From an uncultured Gammaproteobacteria bacterium (GTDB taxonomy: Bacteria > Pseudomonadota > Gammaproteobacteria > UBA9214), in assembly GCA_963773065.1 (NCBI GenBank), contig CAVYZN010000006.1, forward strand, positions 160,001 to 224,000: a stretch of 64,000 nt of DNA. The letters run 5' to 3'. The position numbers and the translations under genes are program-made. Every line of letters begins with the position of its first letter. Position 1 is the first letter of the stretch. Below the pieces are notes generated by a model that was not told the origin of the DNA, searched no databases, and was given only the letters and a program-made list of their open reading frames with translations. This document shows, in pieces, positions 22,530 through 31,444 of this stretch.

Positions 22530-23418
22530 CTAGCCCAACTCGGACAGCAGTCTGTCGATCATCCCCTGCGCCTGGGAAAGATAGCCGCCGCCGAAGAGAT
22601 TGAGGTGGTTCAGGACGTGGTAGAGGTTATAGAGCGTCTTGCGCACCGCGTAGCCGGCGTCGAGCGGATAGGTATCGCGGTAGGCGGCGTAGAATGTCCG
22701 GCCGAAGCCGCCGAACAGTTCCGTCATGGCGAGGTCCGCCTCGCGGTCGCCGTAGTAGACGGCAGGGTCGAAAATCACCGGCTCGCCGTCGCGCGTATAC
22801 GCGTAATTGCCGGACCAGAGATCGCCGTGCAGCAGGGAGGCGGCCGGATTGATAGTCCGCGAAGAGTTGCGGTAACTCGGCGAGCAGCCGCTCGCCGCGC
22901 GCGCGCAGGCGCCCGCCGTGGCCATGGCGTTCGGCGAGGTCGAGCTGAAAGCGCAGGCGATGTTCGCGCCAGAAGGCGATCCAGTCCGGGTTCGGGGTGT
23001 TGATCTGCGGCGTGGAGCCGATGGTGTTGTCCCGCACCCAGCCGAACTGGGGTTGCGTGACCCGATGCAGGCGCGCCAGAGCCCGACCGAGAACCGCCGG
23101 GTCGCCGCTGCCGCCGAGCGCGAGGTGTTCCAGCACCAGCCAGGACGTCTGCCCGTCGACGCCCCAGCACAGCGGTTCGGGCACGCGCAAGGTATGGCTG
23201 TCCCGCAGCTCCCGCAAACCGCGCGCTTCGGCCTCGAACATTCCCACCTGTGCGGCGCCGTTGAGCTTGACGAAATAGGTCTGTCCGCCATACTGCAGGC
23301 GCACGGCCTGATTGATGCAGCCCCCGCCCACCGAACCCTGGTGCACGACGGTGGCTTTTTTCCCGGTAACCGCCGCAAGCTCGGCACCAATCGCTTCCCA
23401 CAATGACATGCGTGCCAT
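22530..23418 (-). CDS. Fructosamine kinase family protein; frameshift near 22850
   Basis: VGGGCINQA, YFVKLN, MFEAEARGL (22627..23418) joined to LLHGDLWSGN, FDPAVYYGDREADLAM, LYHVLNHLNLFG (22530..). Confidence 0.9.
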
Positions 23419-23443
23419 CCCTTGTCTGGAACCCGGTTATCCC

Positions 23444-25066
23444 TAAGCCGGCATAGCCGGAACCAAACAGGAAGAGGTATTGTACGCACGGGCTAAGCGG
23501 TGGTGGCGACGATGACACAGGCGTTGGTGGAACGGTACGCAGATCGGTTGCATGGGGTGCTCTCCTGTTACGACCGCATCGTGATGACGGGCACGTTGCC
23601 GGGGGCCTGCTATGCGCAGGGCATGACGGCGTTTTTGTACGCGAGGGGCATTCGGATTTTCGACTATCCCCGGTTTGCCGAGCCCTTGCGCGAGGCGCTC
23701 CGCGAGCGCGCGCAGGAGCTGGCGCAGTCGGCGGGGATCGAGATCGAGCATATCGCCAAAGCCCACATCCGCAAGGAAGATGTGGTCGCCAAGGTGCTTG
23801 AGCGGCGCGGCGATCATCCGGGTCTGGTGCACATCATTTCGGCGATGGAAGCCTGTCAAAGCTACAAGCCCTGGCATGACAAGGCGAGCGGCAAGACCTA
23901 CCTCAAGCCCGATACGGGCAAATGCCTGCACTACTATTTTTACTTCATCGACCCGCTCGTCGGCCTGTGTTACCTGCGGGTGCCGACTTGGTGCCCGTTC
24001 AAATTGCAGTTCTATTGCAACGGCCATGGTTGGCTGGCGCAGAAGCTTAAAACCCGGCGCATCGGCTTTACCCAGGTGGACAATGCCTTTGTGCGCCTGG
24101 ATGACTTCGCGCGCGCGCAACAGTTGGCCGATGCGCTTCAAGCCCGAGCAACTGCACCGCATCCTGGATCGTTACGCGCGCCAGTGCTGCCCGGTGCACG
24201 AGAGCTTCGGGCAAGGCTATCACTGGAGCCTGCTGCAGGTGGAGTACGCTACCGATCTGGTGTTCCGCTCCCAAGAGATGCTGGCGCCCCTGTATGAACA
24301 GCTCTCCCGCCAGGCGGTGCTGGGGGTGAAGGCCGAACAGATTGCCACCTTTCTCGGCAAGAAGATCACCCCGCCGCTGGCGCAGGAGATCGGCAACCGC
24401 TTTGCCACCCGCATCGAAGGGACCTGCATCAAACATCGCCTGGGCAAGGTTCAGGTGAAGATGTACGACAAATACGCCCGTGTGCTGCGCATCGAAACCA
24501 CCGTCAACGACGTCTCCTTCTTCAAGCACCACCGCAAGGTGGAACATCGAGATAGACCCAGCACGCGGCAACTGGCGCCGCTGAAGAAATCCATCTACAG
24601 CCTGATCGATCTGCGCCAGATCCTCCTGGGATGCAATCGCCGCTACCTGGAGTATCTGTCCGCGCTGGACGATCACAGCGCCGGACAGCGCGCGCTCTCG
24701 CGCCTGACCGACGAGCGGTGCGAGAGCGACCGGCCGATCAAGGGCCTGAACTTCTTCAAGCGCACCGAGCAGCAACTGCTGCGGGCACTGCAACGTCCGC
24801 AGTTCAATATCCACGGTCTGCGGCGCGCCGATCTGATGGCTTTGCTGCCCCACGCCTCGGCGGCTGCGCTCTCGCGAGAGCTGAAACGGCTGCTTGCCCT
24901 CGGCGTGATCAAACGGGTCACCGGAACTTATCGTTACTACCTCACGCGCTTGGGGCGCGCCGCCATCGCCGCCGCCTGCTCGCTCACGGAATTCAGTATC
25001 GTTCCCGCTTTGGCCACTGCAAAGCAACAAACTCTTCGCCATTTCTGTCAACAGTAAAGTCATAAG
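23444..25066 (+). mobile_element. Putative unclassified IS-like element, ~1.62 kb
   Basis: One gene fills the element; TAAG at both boundaries (23444-23447, 25063-25066); CCGGC-ATA-GCCGG hairpin inside the left end; oriented opposite to both neighbours. Confidence 0.65.
23512..25057 (+). CDS. ~514-aa putative transposase with C-terminal winged helix; one frameshift near 24135
   Basis: ORFs 23500..24297 and 23675..25057 join at ...LADA/FKPEQL. Motifs CLHYYFYFID, VEYATD, KMYDK, LRIETT; wHTH ending LKRLLALGVIKRVTGTYRYYLT. Confidence 0.7.
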
Positions 25067-25094
25067 AGACTATGGTACCCACAAAGAAATAAAC

Positions 25095-25177
25095 TCACCG
25101 CAGAGACGCAAAGAACACAAAGTGTTTAATTGTTTTCGCTAAAGAATTTCTCTGCGTCCTTTGCGTCTCTGTGGTGA
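25095..25177. repeat. Intergenic long inverted repeat (REP-like); related single arms at ~28617-28640 and 34070-34097
   Basis: TCACCGCAGAGACGCAAAG...CTTTGCGTCTCTGTGGTGA. Confidence 0.75.
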
Positions 25178-25221
25178 AATCGGTGTTTATGGATGAACAC
25201 CAACTATAAGAATTACGCTCG

Positions 25222-25824
25222 CTAGCGCGGACTCGGGCTCAGGCGCTCGTGCAGCGGGCTGGTGCGCGGAAAATGAGCGCGCAGGAATTCCATCTGGTCG
25301 GCCAGCACGCGCCGCCCCTGCAGATAGATGTACTCCGCATGGGTCGGGGTGAACGGTACGGCCAGCAACTGCAGCGCCGCCTGTTCCGGCGTGCGGCCGG
25401 CCTTGTGGTTGTTGCAGCGCCGGCAGGCCGTAACGACGTTGTTCCAGGTATCCATGCCGCCCTGGGTGATCGGTGTGACATGGTCGCGTGACAGGTCCTT
25501 CGCCCGGAAGGTCTCGCCGCAATACAGGCACAGGTGGGAATCGCGCCGGAACAGCGCCGGGTTGTTGAGCGGCGGGACGTAGCAGTCGCGCAGCCGGCTC
25601 ACGGCGTGGTTCCTGCCATAGGTCGCGATGATGGAATTAACTTCGATGATGCTGCGCCGGCCGGTGCGGGCGTTGACCCCGCCATGGACGCGGTACAAGA
25701 GCGTACCGCAGGTATAGGCCACCTGCTCCAGGTGATACAAGCGCACAGCGTCCTGGTAGCCGACCCATTCCAGCGGCATACCCGAGACATCCGTTCGCAA
25801 GACTTGATGATTCAACTCAACCAT
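25222..25824 (-). CDS. HNH endonuclease family protein
   Basis: LFRRDSHLCLYCG, SRDHVTP, WNNVVTACRRCNNHK. Confidence 0.9.
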   Translation of the reverse strand: MVELNHQVLRTDVSGMPLEWVGYQDAVRLYHLEQVAYTCGTLLYRVHGGVNARTGRRSIIEVNSIIATYGRNHAVSRLRDCYVPPLNNPALFRRDSHLCLYCGETFRAKDLSRDHVTPITQGGMDTWNNVVTACRRCNNHKAGRTPEQAALQLLAVPFTPTHAEYIYLQGRRVLADQMEFLRAHFPRTSPLHERLSPSPR

Positions 25825-26080
25825 TGCCACACCCGTGGTGCCATGCCGCGCCGTTGCTGCCTGTTTTACGCAGCAGGCCGGCTGCGTCATTTATTTAACA
25901 GAATTGCCGGGAAAAGGCTACCATGAAACGATGACACCCGGTTGAAAAGGCCTCATCCCGCCCCGGACTCGTGAACCGGCACACCGCCGCGCCGGCCCTC
26001 GGCTAGGCAGGCAACACCAATATAAAGTAATATGCCCGCTCAACAATAATCCTGAATCCTGCCGGGAGCCCTGCCTGCCG

Positions 26081-28006
26081 ATGGACGACAAACTGACTTT
26101 CCGCCGCTACCAGGACGGTGAGCACAAGCACCAGCACTGGGTTGAAGAGATCTTCAATGAAGACCGGACCTACAAATGCCCGACCTATGTGCACCGCACG
26201 CCGCCCTGCCAGGGTAGTTGCCCCTCAGGCGAGGATATCCGCGGCTGGCTGCAGATCGTGCGCGGCATCGAGAAACCGCCCGCCGGCGTGAGCTGGCAGG
26301 AATACGCCTTCCGCCGCTCCACCGACGCCAATCCCTTCCCCGCCATCATGGGCCGGGTTTGTCCGGCCCCCTGCCAGGAAGGCTGCAATCGCAACGAGGT
26401 GGAGGACTTCGTCGGTATCAATGCGGTCGAGCAGTTCATCGGCGACCATGCCCTGGCGCAGGGCTTTGCCTTCCACAAGCCTGAGCGGGAGACCGGCAAG
26501 AAGGTCGCCATCGTCGGCGGCGGCGTGGCCGGCCTGGCCGCGGCCTATCAGCTCCGGCGGCTGGGGCACGGCGTCACGGTGTTCGACGAACGGGCCGAGC
26601 TGGGCGGCATGTCGCGCTACGGCATACCGGGCTATCGCATGCCGCGCGACGTCATGGACGGCGAGATCCGGCGCATCCTCGATCTGGGCGTCGAGGTCCG
26701 GCACAACACGCGGGCCGGCCGGGACATCGGTTTCGAACAACTGGAACGGGATTACGACGCCATCCTGCTGGCGATCGGCGCGCAGCATGGCCGCACGCTG
26801 GACGTACCCGGGGGCGATGCCCCCAACTGCGTGAGCGGCGTCGCCTTCCTCGCCGCCTTCAACGAAGGGCGCATGCAATTCACGGCGGAGAAGGTCGTGG
26901 TGATCGGCGGCGGCGATACCGCGATGGACGTCATCTCGGTGGCGCGCCGGCTGGGGCATATCAAGAACGCCCGCGAAAACGACCGCCCGGAAGCCATCAT
27001 TCGCAACCTGACGGCGCACGACGTCGCCACCGCGGCGCATCGCGAGGGTTCCGAAGTCCTGCTCATCTACCGCCGCCCCATCGCGAACATGCCGGCGGCG
27101 CAGCACGAGGTGGAAACCGCGGAGAAGGAAGGGGTGAAGATCCGCGGCAGTCTGGTGCCGGTCGAACTGATCCTCGGGGAGGACGGGCGCGCCCGGGCCC
27201 TGCGGGTCATCGAGGTCGACTGGACCGATGGCAAAATGACACGGCGGGAGGGTTCGGAATTCGACATCGAATGCGACCTGGTGGTCCCGGCCGTCGGCCA
27301 GTCGGGCGACCTCGAGGGGCTGGAGTCCTTCGACAACGGCCACGGCCTGATCGGCTGCGACACCTATTACCAGGTGCCGGGCAAGCCCGGCTATTTCGCC
27401 TGCGGCGATATCGTCCGCCCGCACCTGCTCACCACGGCCATCGGCCAGGCCGCCATCGCCGCCGACAGCATCGACCGCTACTTGAACCGCCAGGAGATCG
27501 ACCGGCGCCCCAAGGTGGATGTGCATCACTTCAAGCTGCTGGACAAGCTGCGCGAGACCGAACTCGCGCCAGAGGAATACGGCCACGGCCCGGAATGGGG
27601 CACCGATACCGCCGGGTTCGCCGTGCACAACTACGAGGACCGCTCCCAGCAGGAGATCATCTCCCACGAGCTGCTCTACCTCGGGCACTTCCCGTTCTCA
27701 CCGCGACACCTGCGCAGGGAAACCGGCGTCGGCGCCGACGAGGTGCTCGGGCATTTCGAGGAACGCTTCGACGGTCTGGCGGAAGAGGAGGCGCGGGCCG
27801 AGGCCGGGCGCTGCATGAGTTGCGGCATGTGCTTCGAGTGCGACAATTGCGTGATCTACTGTCCGCAGGATGCCGTGAAGCGCACCCCCAAGGACCAGTC
27901 CACCATGGGCCGCTACGTGTACACCGACTACGACCGCTGCATCGGCTGCCACATCTGCGCGGAAGTCTGCCCGACCGGCTACATCAACATGGGGCTGGGC
28001 GCCTGA
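26081..28006 (+). CDS. dsrL: DsrL-like iron-sulfur flavoprotein (NAD(P)H:acceptor oxidoreductase)
   Basis: KCPTYVHRTPPCQGSCPSGEDIRGWL, GRVCPAPCQEGCNR, GGGVAG, GGGDTAMD, PHLLTTAIG, C-terminal CMSCGMCFECDNC and CIGCHICAEVCP. Confidence 0.88.
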   Translation: MDDKLTFRRYQDGEHKHQHWVEEIFNEDRTYKCPTYVHRTPPCQGSCPSGEDIRGWLQIVRGIEKPPAGVSWQEYAFRRSTDANPFPAIMGRVCPAPCQEGCNRNEVEDFVGINAVEQFIGDHALAQGFAFHKPERETGKKVAIVGGGVAGLAAAYQLRRLGHGVTVFDERAELGGMSRYGIPGYRMPRDVMDGEIRRILDLGVEVRHNTRAGRDIGFEQLERDYDAILLAIGAQHGRTLDVPGGDAPNCVSGVAFLAAFNEGRMQFTAEKVVVIGGGDTAMDVISVARRLGHIKNARENDRPEAIIRNLTAHDVATAAHREGSEVLLIYRRPIANMPAAQHEVETAEKEGVKIRGSLVPVELILGEDGRARALRVIEVDWTDGKMTRREGSEFDIECDLVVPAVGQSGDLEGLESFDNGHGLIGCDTYYQVPGKPGYFACGDIVRPHLLTTAIGQAAIAADSIDRYLNRQEIDRRPKVDVHHFKLLDKLRETELAPEEYGHGPEWGTDTAGFAVHNYEDRSQQEIISHELLYLGHFPFSPRHLRRETGVGADEVLGHFEERFDGLAEEEARAEAGRCMSCGMCFECDNCVIYCPQDAVKRTPKDQSTMGRYVYTDYDRCIGCHICAEVCPTGYINMGLGA

Positions 28007-28156
28007 TCTGTAATAACCCAGACCTGGCAGACAACGACAGAGGTGTGCGAGTGCCGAAGGCGGGAATCGGCCAGGTCCTGTCCTACACGGACGACCAGCG
28101 AAGGGCAACTATGCAGCAATCCTATAAGTAAGCGCCATTCTGGTCTCTCCCCGATT

Positions 28157-28594
28157 TTATTCGGCTCCATAGAGCACGGCGGCGCGGTCGCGAAACCGCG
28201 CGAGTATGTCCTGCGTCAGCAACTGCATGAGTCCGCCCGCCACGGCCTCCAGGAGGCGCGAGCGCATCTCGATCTCGACCGTCAGGGAAGTCTTGCAGCC
28301 GCACCGTTCAGCCGGCGAAAAGCGCCAGTCGATCGCCAGGCGGCGAAACGGCCCCGAAGTGGAGTCGATGTGCAGGCGCGAGGGGCGCTGCAGCACGGCG
28401 TGCGATTCAAACCGGAAGCGCCGCAGGCCGAGGTCGATTTCCTGAAGCACGTGCAGCACATCCTGTTCCCGTGACTGGATAGTCGCGCGCGGCCAATGCG
28501 GCAGGAATTCGGGGTAGCGCTCGATGTCGGCCGCCAGGTCGAACATCTGTTCGGGCGTGTAGGGAAACCAGTGCGCCTCGCTCTGTCGTCTCAT
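28157..28594 (-). CDS. RatA/PasT (Coq10-like START domain) family protein
   Basis: PYTPEQMFDLAADIERYPEFLP, GPFRRL..DWRF. Confidence 0.8.
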   Translation of the reverse strand: MRRQSEAHWFPYTPEQMFDLAADIERYPEFLPHWPRATIQSREQDVLHVLQEIDLGLRRFRFESHAVLQRPSRLHIDSTSGPFRRLAIDWRFSPAERCGCKTSLTVEIEMRSRLLEAVAGGLMQLLTQDILARFRDRAAVLYGAE

Positions 28595-28897
28595 GGAAAT
28601 GCCTGATGCGATTTTTTACCGCAAAGACGCCAGGAATGCCGGGGAAAACGGAACACCAACACTAAGGTTCCGCTCATTTTCGAAGGTAAACCGGGTGTAT
28701 TGCCTGCGCGGATTCTGTTTAGCTAAGCACATTCTAGCAGTATCCCGTTAACAGCAGGTGTTGCGGGAACGAGCTTGCTTGTGCCCGGCGGCCGTGCCTC
28801 GGCCAATCAATCACTATAATAAGGCAGGGGGACAGACCGCGGTCGCGACCGCGGCTTCCCCGGCACGAAACCGTATTGATCAGGCAGGGGGACTGCG

Positions 28898-31355
28898 ATG
28901 ACCGGCTACCGCTATATTCGCCGCTTCCGCGAACTGGGCATCGACGACGTCCCGCTGGTCGGAGGCAAAAATGCCTCGCTCGGCGAAATGTACCGCAGCC
29001 TGTCGCAGGAAGGCGTGCGGGTGCCCAACGGCTTCGCCACCACGGCCCAGGCGTTTCGCGACTATCTGGCGCATAACGGCCTGCGCCGAGCGTATCCGCT
29101 TGGCGCTGGACAGCCTCGATGCCGGCGATGTCGATGCGCTGGCCGCGACCGGGGCGCGGATCCGCGGCTGGATCATCGACGGCGAGCTGCCCCCGCAACT
29201 GGCCGATGAGATCGGCGCCGCCTACGACGAAATGGCGCGGGAATACGGGCCGGAACCGGATATGGCCGTGCGCAGCTCCGCCACCGCGGAGGATCTCCCC
29301 GACGCCTCGTTCGCCGGGCAGCAGGAAACCTATCTCAACATTCGCGGCATCGAGCACCTGCTGCGCACCTGCAAGCGGGTGCTCGCCTCGCTCTACACCG
29401 GCCGCGCGATCCACTACCGGGTCGACAAGGGCTTCGACCACATGGGCATCGCCCTGTCGATCGGCGTCCAGAAGATGGTGCGCTCCGATCTCGGCGCAGC
29501 CGGCGTCATGTTCACCCTGGACACGGAAAGCGGATTTCGCGACGTGGTGATGATCACCGCCGCTTACGGCCTGGGTGAAAACGTGGTGCAGGGCGCGGTC
29601 AACCCGGATGAGTTCCTGGTGTTCAAGCCGACGCTCGCCACCGGCCACCGCCCGATCATCCGGCGCCACCTCGGTGAGAAGGCCATCAAGATGGTCTACA
29701 CCCGGGACCCGGTGACGGCGGAGGCCACCCGCAACGTGCCGGTCAAGAAGCATGAGCGTCAGCGCTTCTCCATCACGGATGAGGAGGTGCTGCAACTCGC
29801 CCGCTACGCCGTCGCCATCGAACGCCATTACTCGCGCCACGCCGGCCAGCCGCGTCCCATGGACATCGAATGGGCCAGGGACGGCGTCAGCGGCGAACTG
29901 TTCATCGTCCAGGCCCGGCCGGAAACCGTGCATTCCCTGCGCGGCGATGCCTTTCAGGAAATCTTCACCCTGAAAGAGCGCGGCAAGGTGCTCGCCCGCG
30001 GCAGGAGCGTCGGCGCCAAGGTCGGCGCGGGGCGGGCGCGGATCATCCTCGAGGCCGCGCACATGCATGAGCTGCGCCCGGGCGAGGTGCTGGTGACGGA
30101 TATCACCGACCCCGACTGGGAGCCGGTCATGAAAATCGCCAGCGCCATCGTGACCAACCGCGGCGGGCGCGTCTGCCACGCCGCCATCGTGGCGCGTGAA
30201 CTGGGCATACCCGCCGTGGTCGGCGCCGGCAGCGCCACCCACGACATCCACGACGGCGGGGAGATCACGGTGTCCTGCGTCGAAGGCGAGGTCGGCTATG
30301 TCTATGAAGGCAGGCTTGCCTACACCAGCGAACGCATCGATCTCGGCGGGCTGCGCCGCCCGGCAACGAAGCTCATGCTGATCGTCGGCAACCCGGACCA
30401 GGCCCTGGAATTCGCGGCCTACCCCAACGACGGCGTCGGCCTGGCGCGCCTGGAATTCATCATCAGCAACAGCATCGGCATCCATCCGCGCGCCCTGCTC
30501 GACTATGAACGCCTGGCCCCGGAACTCAGGCGGCGGATCGCTCCGCGCATGGCCGGCTACGCCAGCCCCGAGCGCTACTACATCGACCGGCTGGCCGAAG
30601 GCGTCGGGACCATCGCGGCGGCGTTTTACCCCAAACCGGTGATCGCCCGCCTGAGCGACTTCAAGTCCAATGAATACGCGGCGCTGCTGGGCGGTGCGGA
30701 CTTCGAGCCCCGCGAGGAGAACCCCATGATCGGTCTGCGCGGCGCCTCCCGTTACCACTCGAAGGAGTTCGCCGACTGTTTCGCCCTCGAATGCGCCGCG
30801 ATGAAGAAGGTCCGCGAGGAGATGGGCCTGGACAACCTGGAGCTGATGATCCCCTTCGCCCGCACCGTGGAGGAGGTGCGCAAGGTGCTCGATCTGATGG
30901 CCGCTCAGGGCCTGCGACGGGGCGAGAACGGCCTGAAGATCAAGCTGATGTGCGAGATCCCCGCCAACGCGGTGCGCGCGCGGCAGTTTCTCGAACTCTG
31001 CGACGGCTACTCCATCGGCTCCAATGATCTGACCCAGTTGACCCTCGGCGTGGACCGCGATTCCGGACTGCTGACCGGTTTCGACGAGCGCGACGCGGCC
31101 GTCACGGCGCTGATGGAAATGGCGATTCAGGCCTGTCATGCCGCCGGCAAGCACATCGGCATTTGCGGGCAGGCGCCCTCCGATTTTCCCGAAATCACCC
31201 GCTGGCTGGTCTCGCAGGGCATTGACTCCATCTCGCTGAACCCGGACAGTGTTCTTAAAATGACCCAGGTGGTGCTGGACATGGAAGCCGAACAGGGGCG
31301 AAACTTCCTTTCCGGCGACGAACCAAACCGGTATAACAGCGGATCAGTCCAGTGA
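28898..31355 (+). CDS. ppsA: Phosphoenolpyruvate synthase; frameshift near 29085
   Basis: [57 protein letters not shown]. Confidence 0.95.
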
Positions 31356-31444
31356 TAACAACCGGCCATGCCCCCAAGGCCACGGCGTAACCCGGCAGGC
31401 GCGCCATTAATCACAAACACAACGAAAGAGAGAATTCCCGATGG

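Noticed and set aside
23512-25057. Calling the element's protein a MarR transcription regulator
   Set aside because: Only the last ~90 aa are winged helix; the rest looks enzymatic and the flanks look like mobile-element ends.
25222-25824. HNH gene as cargo of the adjacent element or as an IscB/Cas9-like nuclease
   Set aside because: It lies outside the TAAG boundary, is about 200 aa and shows no RuvC motifs or bridge helix.
26081-28006. Calling this gene gltD because gltB is in the window
   Set aside because: It has the DsrL-type N-terminus and a C-terminal ferredoxin domain, and lies over 23 kb from gltB.
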